Shown here: positions 1 to 8,356 of the stretch, in pieces
Layout: each line of letters opens with the position of its first letter
Numbering within the stretch: the first letter of the stretch is position 1
DNA from: Candidatus Fermentibacteraceae bacterium
Lineage (GTDB): Bacteria; Fermentibacterota; Fermentibacteria; Fermentibacterales; JCC-6
Assembly: GCA_041686025.1 (NCBI GenBank)
Contig: JAWLEP010000041.1
Location: 1 to 21,879 of the forward strand
DNA: 21,879 nucleotides
Direction: 5' to 3'
Notes under the pieces: generated by a model
The model's input: only the letters and a program-made list of their open reading frames with translations
Told to the model about the DNA's origin: nothing
Database searches by the model: none
Program-made: the position numbers and the translations under genes

Positions 1-110
1 CCCTGTCAACCGCCGCTGATACGTAGTGAGACGCGCCTTGTCAAGTCCCCCCGGGCTTGTCCCCCGCGGCGGGCGGGGGTAGTTTCTGGGCTGTTATGAA
101 AAACGGAGCA

Positions 111-2159
111 ATGAACCTGGAGATCAGGTACTTAAAGGGTGTAGGCCCGGCCAGGGCCAGTCGACTGCAGCGCCTGGGCATAGAGACCGTGGGCGACCTG
201 CTGCTGCACGTTCCGCGGAGATACGTGGATCGGAGGCACGTGGCGTCGATAGCCTCCCTGCGGACGGGCCAGGAGGCTGTAGTGGCCGGAACGGTGGTCC
301 ACACCAGGTTCTCCCGCAGCCGGAAGGGCCGCAGGATATTCCACGCCACCGTTACCGACGGTACGGGAAGCCTGGACCTGACCTTCTTCCATGCCGACTA
401 CCTGAAGCGAAGGCTGCGCCCGGGGGTACGGGTATCCGCCTCCGGGGAGGTCCGCTTCTTCGGCGGGCCCGCCATGGCGCATCCGGACCTGGTGTTCCTG
501 GATGACGACGGGGACACCAGCGGCTCGCAGGGAGTGGTCCCGGTGTATCCCCTCACCGAGGGGATAGGGCCCCGGACCATAGTCCGGCTGGTGGATACCG
601 CCCTGGAAGAGGCCGGGGGGGATGTCCCGGTGGCTCTGCCCCAAGAGGCGCTCCGCGGGCGGGGCTTCAGGGACGGAGCGGAGGTGCTGCGGGCGGTACA
701 CAGGCCGGAGGATCCCCGGGAGGGGGCCCGGGCCCGCGAGGTGCTTGCCCTGGAGGACCTCTACATCTACCAGCAGATGCTGGCCGCCTTCCGGCGGGAG
801 CACCGCGTTGCCGACGGCGCATCGATACCGGCCGGGGCAGATGAGCTGGAGAGGTTCGAGGCCAGCCTGCCCTTCCGGCTCACCGGTGCCCAGGAGAGGG
901 CCGTAGGGGTGCTGTCCTCCGACATGGAGTCCGCAGTGCCCATGCGCAGGCTCCTTCAGGGCGACGTGGGATCGGGGAAGACCGTGGTGGCCGCCGCCCT
1001 GTGCCGGCTGGCCCACGCAGCGGGCCTGCAGTCTGCGGTGCTGGCGCCCACCGAGGTGCTGGCCAGCCAGCACATGCGGTCGCTGGGCGGGTTTCTGGAG
1101 AGGCTGGATGTGGGCTGCGGGCTGCTCACCGGCAGCACCCCGGCCGGGGAGCGGGAGAGGCTGTCGGAGGCCCTGGAGTCGGGCGACCTCTCGGTGCTGG
1201 TGGGCACCCACGCGGTGCTGGAGGGGTCGGTCCCTCTGCAGCGGCTGGGGCTGCTGGTGGTGGACGAGCAGCACAAGTTCGGGGTGGAGCAGAGGGAGCG
1301 GCTGCTTGCGGGGCGGGAGCCGCGGCCGCACCTGATGGTCATGTCCGCCACGCCCATCCCCAGAACCATGGCCATGACCCTCTACGGGGACATGGACCTG
1401 GCCGTCCTGGACGAGATGCCCCCCGGCCGCGGGAGCATAACCACCCGGGTGATGCACAGGGAGCGGCGGGCGGAGATATTCGACTTCCTGCTGGCGAGGC
1501 TTGAGGAGGGGGAGAGGGCCTTCATCGTTTATCCCCTCAGGGAGGCCAGCGAGCACCGGGACCTCAGGGACGCCACCTCGGCGTACGAGATACTGCGGGA
1601 CGGCCCGCTGGGACGCTTCGGGGTCTCCCTGCTCCACGGGAGCATGAGCGGTCCGGAGAAGGTGGCCGCCACGGAGTCCTTCGCGGCCGGCAGGACGGCG
1701 GTGCTGGTCTCCACCACCGTCATAGAGGTGGGCATAGACGTGCCGGAGGCTACCGTGATGGTCATCTCGGGAGCGGAGCGCTTCGGTCTGAGCCAGCTGC
1801 ACCAGCTCCGGGGCAGGATCGGGCGGGGCGGCCGGAGCAGCTGGTGCTTCCTGGTGCACGGAGACGGCATGGACGAGACCGCCTGGGAGCGGCTGAGGAT
1901 ACTGGCCGAGACCACCGACGGCTTCCGGATAGCGGAGAAGGACCTGGAGCTTCGGGGGCCGGGGGAGGTGATCGGGACCAGGCAGCACGGCCTCCCGGCA
2001 TTCCCGGTGGCGGACCTGGAGAGGGACATGGACCTGCTGACGGAGGCGCGGGAGCTGGCGGGAAGATACCCCGCTCCGCAGGACCTGGACGGGCTGTTCG
2101 AGCGACGCTTCGGGCGGTCCTCTCCCTTGACTTCCGACCGTGCAGAAACGAAAGAATAG
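111..2159 (+). CDS. recG: ATP-dependent DNA helicase RecG
   Basis: N-terminal LKGVGP..A..L..LGI and wedge/OB region; SF2 motifs LLQGDVGSGKT, LAPTEVLASQH, VVDEQHKFG, MSATPIPRT, ERFGLSQLHQLRGRIGRG; TRG motif DGFRIAEKDLELRGPGE. Start moved from 57 to the in-frame ATG at 111, which follows GGAG (105-108). Confidence 0.97.
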   Translation: MNLEIRYLKGVGPARASRLQRLGIETVGDLLLHVPRRYVDRRHVASIASLRTGQEAVVAGTVVHTRFSRSRKGRRIFHATVTDGTGSLDLTFFHADYLKRRLRPGVRVSASGEVRFFGGPAMAHPDLVFLDDDGDTSGSQGVVPVYPLTEGIGPRTIVRLVDTALEEAGGDVPVALPQEALRGRGFRDGAEVLRAVHRPEDPREGARAREVLALEDLYIYQQMLAAFRREHRVADGASIPAGADELERFEASLPFRLTGAQERAVGVLSSDMESAVPMRRLLQGDVGSGKTVVAAALCRLAHAAGLQSAVLAPTEVLASQHMRSLGGFLERLDVGCGLLTGSTPAGERERLSEALESGDLSVLVGTHAVLEGSVPLQRLGLLVVDEQHKFGVEQRERLLAGREPRPHLMVMSATPIPRTMAMTLYGDMDLAVLDEMPPGRGSITTRVMHRERRAEIFDFLLARLEEGERAFIVYPLREASEHRDLRDATSAYEILRDGPLGRFGVSLLHGSMSGPEKVAATESFAAGRTAVLVSTTVIEVGIDVPEATVMVISGAERFGLSQLHQLRGRIGRGGRSSWCFLVHGDGMDETAWERLRILAETTDGFRIAEKDLELRGPGEVIGTRQHGLPAFPVADLERDMDLLTEARELAGRYPAPQDLDGLFERRFGRSSPLTSDRAETKE

Positions 2160-2261
2160 GCGCATCTTGTCTTGGGAGCCTCTCTTTCAGATATTGAAAC
2201 CAACGGATGACAGCTCCTTGAGACTATCGTCTCGATTCCGGAGCTCGGGATCGCATGGTCC

Positions 2262-2289
2262 TTGACAGCGAAGGGGCGGATCGTAGCAT
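2262..2289 (+). promoter_or_regulatory. Putative sigma70-type promoter for the TonB-like/hsp20/lon cluster
   Basis: TTGACA (2262-2267), 16 nt spacer, TAGCAT (2284-2289), in the recG-2345 intergenic region; AGGAGG RBS just before ATG 2345. Confidence 0.55.
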
Positions 2290-2344
2290 ATCAACAGCCT
2301 GTACAAGGGTATCTACAGCCTCATAACGCATTTCAGGAGGGGGC

Positions 2345-4735
2345 ATGAGCGCAGCGGACAGTAAGGTTACCGAGCTGCTGAGATCTGCCAGGAAGCAGGT
2401 CCAGAAGGGAGACCGCGAGAAGGCCCTGGAGCTACTCCAGGAGGCTCTCGACATCGACCCGGACAACCAGGAGGTCCGGGAAGAGATCGACGACGTGGAG
2501 CGGGAGATAGCCGCCATGCAGGTCTTCAAGCGCACCAGGAGCGCGCGGAGCCATACTCCCGACGGCTCCGTCTCCTCCCCGTCCGACTTCGTCGCGGAGT
2601 GCATAGACCGCTCCCAGCAGGCCCTGGACCGGGGCGATGAGGTAAGGGCCCTGCAGGAGCTGGAGCGGGCCAGGCGACACGATCCCGAGAACCGCGAGGT
2701 GCAGAAGAGGATCATGGTGGTCAAGCGGACCATCAAGACCAACAACCTGGCCGACCTGGCCTTCACCAAGCTCAGGCACGACGATCCCGCCGCCGCGGTG
2801 GAGCAGGCCAGGGAGATCTTCGATGTCTGGCCGGAGGCCCCCGTACTGGAGAAGCTGCTGGACGACCTGGAGTCCTACACTCCCGGCGCCGCCGAGGGAC
2901 CCCCTCTGGAGGAAGAGGAGGAGCTCGAGGAGGCCGAGATCGAGGGCATAGAGGACCTCGAGGACATGGTTGCCGAGGAACAGGAAGAGCCCGAAGAGGC
3001 CGAACCGGCAGCAGCCGTGGTGGAGGAGCCCGAGGTGGAACCGGAGCCGGAACCCGAACCGGAGCCCGAGTTCGAGCCCGAGCCGACCCCGGTATCCGAG
3101 GCGGACGCGGCGGTGTCCTCCATCAGGGAGAAGATCGCCCGCGGCGCCTACGATGACGCCATGGCGGAGGCGAAGGAAGCCCTGGCGAAGTACCCCGACC
3201 ACTCCACTCTGCGCGAGCTCCACGCCAGGCTCGAGAGAGTGGCCGGAGCCGCAGCGGAGCCGGAGGAGGAGAAGAGGCCGGCCGCCGCGGTGGCTCCCGG
3301 CAGAAGGCCCGGCGCCGGGGAGCGGGAGAAGGAGGAGAAGAAGATCCCCTTCATTCCCATCCTCATTGGTGTCGGGGCCGCGGCGATCATTGTCGTTGTG
3401 CTCTTGATAACCGGCGTATTCGGCGGCGGCGAGCCCCAGGAGCCCGTGCCCACCGAGCCCGTCATCCAGCCGTACAGCGTGCAGCTCGCCGTGCAGGGGC
3501 CGGACGATCCCGCGGTATCCCTGGACGGCCGGCCCCTGGAGCGTGGCCCGTCGGGACTCTTCACCGCGGAGGGTGAGGACTTCGGCCGGAAGACCATCGA
3601 GGTCAGGGCCGACAGCTTCCAGACGGTCCGGCGTACCCTGCAGCTGGATGAGGGTCAGACGGTGGCCGATACCATCGGCCTGCAGCCGCTGGGATCCGAC
3701 TCCGCATACATAGCCCTGGGAGTTAACGTACCGGAGGGCGACGAGCAGCCGGACCCCGGGGACATCACCTACCTCCTCAACGGCGAGGAGGTCGAGGGGG
3801 AGGGGGTAAGCGTTCCCACCGGCCGTCACGTTTTGCAGGCCGTCATGGAGGGATACAACTCCAGCCCGGAGACCCTGCTCGTGGACACCCCGGACACCCT
3901 CAACCGTCGGCTCGCCCTTCTGGCCCCCGACCAGGCCCAGATCAACCTGACTCTGGCAGCGGGGGTGCCGGGCACCGCCGTGTTCTACGTTGACGGCGAG
4001 AGGATATCCGCCGGCAGGGACCTCAGTCATGTGGCGGACTACGGCAACCACACCGTTATGGTCCGTCAGGACGGCTACGAGGACTGGGTGGCCACCGTGG
4101 ACCTGGACGAGGACGGCTACAGCAGGACTGTTACCCTTACCGAGGCTGAGACCGCCGGCCGCCTCCGCATTAGCCCCGAGCCCCCCGCCACCGTTTACAT
4201 CAACGGGGAGAGCCGGGGGCAGACGCCCCTTCCCCCCATCGAGCTGGAGGAGGGCGAGTACACTGTTCGCCTGACCAACCCCGATTACGAGGAGCAGGTC
4301 TCCAACGTCCAGATCACCGCCGGAGAGGACACGCGTCTTCAGTACACGGCACAGCAGCTTGCCGCCGCTGACGAGGGCGGCGAGGAGGCTGCCGAGGAAG
4401 GCGGCGAGGAGGGCGGCGAAGAAGGCGGCGAAGAGGGTGGCGAGGACGTTGCAGACCAGGCCATCAGCCCGCCATTCCCCATCAGCCAGACCGCTCCCGA
4501 GACCCCGGCCCTGGCCCGTCAGCGGGGGGACGTCCACGGATACGTCACCCTGGAGGTCAGCGTGGCCGCGGACGGATCGGTAACCGGCGTCACCATTGTA
4601 AACGACGAGGTGGGCCTGGGCTGCGGAAACGCCGCCCGCGAAGCCGTTCAGCAGTGGCAGTTCAATCCGGCCACGCAGGGCGGTGAGCCGGTGCCCTCCA
4701 CTACCACCGTCCAGGTCAGGTTCGACGTCGAATAG
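2345..4735 (+). CDS. Inner-membrane-anchored protein: TPR-like N-terminus, acidic (EP)n linker, TM helix, PEGA repeats, C-terminal TonB domain
   Basis: TPR-like ALELLQEALDIDPDNQEV and ALQELERARRHDPENREV; hydrophobic IPFIPILIGVGAAAIIVVVLLITGVF after KKI; PEGA-like GRLRISPEPPATVYINGESRGQTPLPPIELEEGEYTVRLTNPDYE plus about 3 similar repeats; TonB_C-like GYVTLEVSVAADGSV...AAREAVQQWQFNPATQGGEPV...VQVRF. Confidence 0.85.
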   Translation: MSAADSKVTELLRSARKQVQKGDREKALELLQEALDIDPDNQEVREEIDDVEREIAAMQVFKRTRSARSHTPDGSVSSPSDFVAECIDRSQQALDRGDEVRALQELERARRHDPENREVQKRIMVVKRTIKTNNLADLAFTKLRHDDPAAAVEQAREIFDVWPEAPVLEKLLDDLESYTPGAAEGPPLEEEEELEEAEIEGIEDLEDMVAEEQEEPEEAEPAAAVVEEPEVEPEPEPEPEPEFEPEPTPVSEADAAVSSIREKIARGAYDDAMAEAKEALAKYPDHSTLRELHARLERVAGAAAEPEEEKRPAAAVAPGRRPGAGEREKEEKKIPFIPILIGVGAAAIIVVVLLITGVFGGGEPQEPVPTEPVIQPYSVQLAVQGPDDPAVSLDGRPLERGPSGLFTAEGEDFGRKTIEVRADSFQTVRRTLQLDEGQTVADTIGLQPLGSDSAYIALGVNVPEGDEQPDPGDITYLLNGEEVEGEGVSVPTGRHVLQAVMEGYNSSPETLLVDTPDTLNRRLALLAPDQAQINLTLAAGVPGTAVFYVDGERISAGRDLSHVADYGNHTVMVRQDGYEDWVATVDLDEDGYSRTVTLTEAETAGRLRISPEPPATVYINGESRGQTPLPPIELEEGEYTVRLTNPDYEEQVSNVQITAGEDTRLQYTAQQLAAADEGGEEAAEEGGEEGGEEGGEEGGEDVADQAISPPFPISQTAPETPALARQRGDVHGYVTLEVSVAADGSVTGVTIVNDEVGLGCGNAAREAVQQWQFNPATQGGEPVPSTTTVQVRFDVE
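3026..3085 (+). repeat. In-frame Glu-Pro coding repeat (GAR-CCN)n
   Basis: GAG CCC GAG GTG GAA CCG GAG CCG GAA CCC GAA CCG GAG CCC GAG TTC GAG CCC GAG CCG encodes EPEVEPEPEPEPEPEFEPEP. Confidence 0.85.
4373..4447 (+). repeat. In-frame 12-bp coding repeat (GGEE)n linker before the TonB-C domain
   Basis: About six degenerate copies of GGCGGCGARGAR encoding EGGEEAAEEGGEEGGEEGGEEGGED. Confidence 0.85.
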
Positions 4736-4749
4736 GGAGATGGGGGCAC

Positions 4750-5187
4750 GTGCGCCTGCACGATGAGACCGTATTCTGGTCTCCGTCCATAGACGTCTAT
4801 CGCCTCGAGGACAGATGGATCATCTACGCCGAGCTGCCGGGGGTGGCTCGGGAGGACCTCGAGGTGGTGGTGGGACCAACCTACGTCAGGATCTCCGGGC
4901 GCAAGAGGCTTCCCATGCGGGGAGTCAGCCCCAGGAGCCTGGAGATCGATACCGGACGATTCCAGCGCGAGGTACAGCTGAAGGGCCGCCTGGACACCAG
5001 TCGGGCCAGGGCCGTTCTCAGCGACGGCCTGCTGCGGATCGAGGCCATGACCGCCGGAAGCGCCAGCGTAAAGATACCCGTATCGTGCGATTCTTCCGAG
5101 CAGGAACTGCATCCCAGCTGCTCGGTTGAGGCATTTGATGAAGAAGATACCGGACAGGAACAGCATTCGAGGGAGTCAGATGACTGA
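4750..5187 (+). CDS. Hsp20/alpha-crystallin family small heat-shock protein
   Basis: WSPSIDVY...IIYAELPGVAREDLEV...ISG.K...EI..G.F.R.V.L...A.LSDGLLRI and an IXI/V-type C-terminal motif (KIPV); GTG start; overlaps lon by 8 nt. Confidence 0.9.
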   Translation: MRLHDETVFWSPSIDVYRLEDRWIIYAELPGVAREDLEVVVGPTYVRISGRKRLPMRGVSPRSLEIDTGRFQREVQLKGRLDTSRARAVLSDGLLRIEAMTAGSASVKIPVSCDSSEQELHPSCSVEAFDEEDTGQEQHSRESDD

Positions 5188-7513
5188 AGACAAGGAGATG
5201 GAGCTCTCCCAGGAGCTGCCGCTGCTGCCCCTGCAGCAGGGTGTAGCGTTCCCCTACACGCTGCTGCCGTTCACGGGTACCGAGAGCGACGAGCTGCAGC
5301 TCATAGACGACGTTGTCTCCAGTGACAAGACCGTGGGCCTGGTTACCGTCCGCGAGGAGGCCGAGGACGCCGAAGGAGGCAGCGGGCTATACGAGGTGGG
5401 CACCATGGCCGGAGTGGTGAAGCTCTACCGCTTCCCCGGCGACGTGGTGCGACTCAGCCTCAAGGGTCTGAGCAGGTTCAGGATACTGGAGATCGTCCAG
5501 ACCAGGCCGTACCTCCGGGCCAGGGTCAAACGGCTGAAGACCTACTGGCCGGAGGACACGGTGGAGCTGGAGGCCTGGCGGAAGAGCATAGAGAACCTCC
5601 TCAAGGAGATAGTCGAGCTGGCCCCGGGGGTGCCGGACGAGGTTCAGATGCTGAGCCTCCTGAACGACCCGGAGAGGCTGGGCTTCGTGGCGGCCAGCGG
5701 GATCGACGCCAGGATCGCCGAGAAGCAGAAGGTCCTGGAGGAGGACGACATCGTAGCCAGGCTCCGGCTGCTGTCGGACATCATGAGCCGCGAGCTGAAG
5801 GTGCTCCGCCTGCGCAACAAGATACAGGGCGAGGTCCGGACCGAGATCGAGAAGGACCAGAAGGAGTACTACCTGAAGGAGCAGATGAAGGCCATCCAGA
5901 AGGAGCTGGGGGCCGAGGGCGAGAACCCGGAGGTGGCCGAGCTCCGTGGGAAGCTGGCGGAGAAGGAGCTTCCCGAGGAGGTGCGGGAGGCCGCCGGGGA
6001 GGAGCTGGACAGGCTGGCCAGGATGCCGGCCGCCCTGCCCGAGGTGGCGGTTTCGCGCAACTACATAGAGTGGATACTCACCCTCCCCTGGCTGGAGGGT
6101 ACGAAGGACCGGCTGGACATCGGCCGGGCCAGGCGGATACTGAACGAGGACCATTACGACCTAAACGACGTCAAGGACAGGGTGCTGGAGTTCCTGGCCG
6201 TCAGGGCCCTCAACCGGGAGGCCACCGGCCCGATACTGTGCTTCGTGGGTCCCCCGGGGGTGGGCAAGACGTCCATGGGCAGGAGCATCGCCCGCTCCCT
6301 GGACAGGCGCTTCGTCCGGCTGTCGCTGGGGGGAATCCACGACGAGGCGGAGATAAGGGGTCACCGGAAGACCTACGTGGGCGCCATGCCGGGCCGGATA
6401 ATCCAGGGGATCAAGGAGGCCGGAAGCAACAATCCCGTGTTCATGCTCGACGAGATCGACAAGGTGGGCCGGGACTTCCGGGGCGACCCCACCTCCGCGC
6501 TGCTGGAGGTTCTGGACCCCGAGCAGAACTACAGCTTCCGGGACAACTACCTGAACCTGCCCTTCGACCTCAGCAACGTGAAGTTCATAACCACGGCCAA
6601 CCAGCTGGACACCATCCCCTCCCCGCTCCGGGACCGGATGGAGATAATCCGCATCCCGGGCTATACCGAGGAGGAGAAGCTGGAGATAGCCCGCCGCTAC
6701 CTGGTGCCCAAGCAGGTGGAGAACGCCGGGCTGGACGGAACCCTCCTGAGGTTCAGGAAGACCGGCCTGCGGCGGATAATCGACAGGTACACCCGGGAGG
6801 CCGGCGTCAGGGAGCTGGAGAGGCAGATCGAGAAGGTCTGCCGCAAGGTCGCCATGCGCGTGGCCGAGGGCGACAGGTCGCTGGTTGTCCTGGGCCGCAG
6901 CAGCGTGGCCGACCTGCTGGGGCCCGAGCGCTACCGGGGAGAGGTTGCCTCCGGAAAGCCTCGGGTCGGCGTGGTTACGGGGCTTGCCTGGACACCGGCG
7001 GGCGGTGAGATTCTCTTCGTGGAGACCAGCATCATGCAGGGGTCGGGAAAGCTCATACTCACCGGCCAGCTGGGAGACGTGATGAAGGAGTCCGCCCGGG
7101 CGGCCCTCACCTGGATCCGCGCTCATGTGGAGGAGTACGGGATAGACACCGATTTCTCGGAGGTGGACATACACGTGCACGTCCCCGCCGGGGCCACCCC
7201 CAAGGACGGCCCCTCCGCCGGAGTCGCCATGGCGGTGTCGATGGTGTCGGCGCTGTCGGGCATGCCGGCGGAGAACAAGGTGGCGGTCACCGGGGAGATC
7301 AGCCTCCAGGGCCGGGTCATGCCGGTGGGGGGCATAAAGGAGAAGGTCCTGGGGGCCAAGGCCGCCGGCATAGGCCAGGTGCTGCTGCCCGAGGACAACG
7401 AGAAGGATGTGCTGGAGATACCGGACGAGCTTCGGCAGAGCCTGCGCATAGAGACCATCTCCAGGCTCTCCGGAGTGATGCCCCATTTCTTCCCACAGCT
7501 GCAGAGAGGATGA
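5180..7513 (+). CDS. lon: ATP-dependent protease La (LonA)
   Basis: N-domain LPLLPL; Walker [12 protein letters not shown]; Walker [20 protein letters not shown]; catalytic Ser in PKDGPSAG and Lys in VGGIKEK. Start placed at in-frame ATG 5180 after GAGGGAG, not at the ORF-track start 5126. Confidence 0.97.
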   Translation: MTEDKEMELSQELPLLPLQQGVAFPYTLLPFTGTESDELQLIDDVVSSDKTVGLVTVREEAEDAEGGSGLYEVGTMAGVVKLYRFPGDVVRLSLKGLSRFRILEIVQTRPYLRARVKRLKTYWPEDTVELEAWRKSIENLLKEIVELAPGVPDEVQMLSLLNDPERLGFVAASGIDARIAEKQKVLEEDDIVARLRLLSDIMSRELKVLRLRNKIQGEVRTEIEKDQKEYYLKEQMKAIQKELGAEGENPEVAELRGKLAEKELPEEVREAAGEELDRLARMPAALPEVAVSRNYIEWILTLPWLEGTKDRLDIGRARRILNEDHYDLNDVKDRVLEFLAVRALNREATGPILCFVGPPGVGKTSMGRSIARSLDRRFVRLSLGGIHDEAEIRGHRKTYVGAMPGRIIQGIKEAGSNNPVFMLDEIDKVGRDFRGDPTSALLEVLDPEQNYSFRDNYLNLPFDLSNVKFITTANQLDTIPSPLRDRMEIIRIPGYTEEEKLEIARRYLVPKQVENAGLDGTLLRFRKTGLRRIIDRYTREAGVRELERQIEKVCRKVAMRVAEGDRSLVVLGRSSVADLLGPERYRGEVASGKPRVGVVTGLAWTPAGGEILFVETSIMQGSGKLILTGQLGDVMKESARAALTWIRAHVEEYGIDTDFSEVDIHVHVPAGATPKDGPSAGVAMAVSMVSALSGMPAENKVAVTGEISLQGRVMPVGGIKEKVLGAKAAGIGQVLLPEDNEKDVLEIPDELRQSLRIETISRLSGVMPHFFPQLQRG

Positions 7514-7514
7514 C

Positions 7515-8219
7515 ATGAGAGAGCTTCCGGCGGCGGCCCTGCTGCTTCTGGCACTGGGCTGCGGAGAAGAGCCCGCCGACAGGCTGGTCACCCCGGACGG
7601 CCAGGTGATCGCGGGCACGGTGACCTCCATCGACGGTTCCGGAGTGGAGATCGACGGGCTGGTCAGACCCGCGCCCGCCGATGAGCCGGCCAGGGTGGTC
7701 CTCACCGGCGGCTCTTCCGTCATCGGCGTGGTCACCGCGGACGGCGAGGGATACAGCCTGGCCACGGATGCAGGCCGTATGGACCTGGAGAAGGGCAAGG
7801 TGGCATCCATATACTGGCCTCCCACCGAATCCGTTACAGACCTGGTTGACGTTCCGGCCAACGGAGGCTGGTACAACACGCACCTGAACGTGGACCAGGG
7901 TGCCGTGATCACTGTGGCCGCAGCGGGCCGGGCGAATACGGACACCGGAGTCGCCGCCCCCGGCGGCCAGGAGCAGTACAGCAGCGCCATCAGCCAGGTG
8001 CCGGAGGCCACCAACGGCCAGCTGGTGATGAGGGTGGGGGAGGAGGCGCCGCCGGTGGCCGTTGGAGCCAGCTGGCGGGGGGCCGTAGAGAGCGGCGGCG
8101 AGGTATACCTGGCGGTGAACTCGCCCCCGGACTCCGCCATGGGCTACTACACCGTCTCCCTGGTGATGGAGGAGCCCGCCGGACGGGGTCACTGGGCCCT
8201 CTATCCGCGCCTTCGGTAG
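7515..8219 (+). CDS. Lipoprotein with a C-terminal LecA/PA-IL-like beta-sandwich domain
   Basis: Lipobox MRELPAAALLLLALG-C; C-terminal VPAN.GWYNT.L....G.VITVAAAG.A...GQLVMRVG...VYLAVN...G.YTVSL resembles PA-IL (VLAN...T...GDVITIVAAGWA...GALVMKIG...LIYND...GSFSVNI). Coupled to lon via TGA-C-ATG. Confidence 0.7.
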   Translation: MRELPAAALLLLALGCGEEPADRLVTPDGQVIAGTVTSIDGSGVEIDGLVRPAPADEPARVVLTGGSSVIGVVTADGEGYSLATDAGRMDLEKGKVASIYWPPTESVTDLVDVPANGGWYNTHLNVDQGAVITVAAAGRANTDTGVAAPGGQEQYSSAISQVPEATNGQLVMRVGEEAPPVAVGASWRGAVESGGEVYLAVNSPPDSAMGYYTVSLVMEEPAGRGHWALYPRLR

Positions 8220-8222
8220 CTC

Positions 8223-8248
8223 CCGGATGCCTTGAAGGCCGCATCCGG
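8223..8248 (+). terminator. GC-rich stem-loop after the lipoprotein gene (possible terminator or stability element; no U-tract)
   Basis: CCGGATGC (8223-8230) and GCATCCGG (8241-8248) form a perfect 8-bp inverted repeat starting 4 nt after the stop codon. Confidence 0.45.
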
Positions 8249-8266
8249 CGGCCGGGAAGGGGCTTA

Positions 8267-8296
8267 TTGACAAGGAATAAAGCGTGAAGTTAGAAT
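8267..8296 (+). promoter_or_regulatory. Sigma70-type promoter for the LysM-xerD operon
   Basis: TTGACA (8267-8272), 18 nt spacer, TAGAAT (8291-8296), in an AT-rich patch upstream of the GGAG RBS and ATG 8357. Confidence 0.75.
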
Positions 8297-8356
8297 ATTA
8301 TGAAGTTATGAGATTCATGCATTGAAAAGGTGTGCACGCTGGCTGGGAGGTAGGAG

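Noticed and set aside
1..90. Minus-strand TTGACA at 4-9 and 39-44, and a 7-bp GC hairpin at 61-79
   Set aside because: Could be a divergent promoter or terminator, but the -10 match is poor and the upstream context is outside the window.
132..2165. Long minus-strand ORFs (132-2165, 2432-4537, 6161-8140, 13611-16517, 16144-17814, 17747-19318) and many alternative-frame ORFs
   Set aside because: They lie opposite or within well-supported genes, show no recognisable motifs, and are expected shadows of high-GC3 codon usage.
2160..2344. CIRCE or other known heat-shock element upstream of the hsp20-lon cluster
   Set aside because: No TTAGCACTC-N9-GAGTGCTAA or similar recognisable motif found.
8222..8250. 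Enterobacterial REP-like element (CCGGATGC...ATCCGGC)
   Set aside because: Single copy in the window, no GTAG-type end and no RAYT gene; recorded only as a stem-loop.
8281..8308. Possible dif site near xerD (TAGAATATTATG resembles part of the Bacillus dif)
   Set aside because: No 11-6-11 arrangement with inverted ATAA/TTAT arms at this site or at 21354-21381; better explained as a promoter element.
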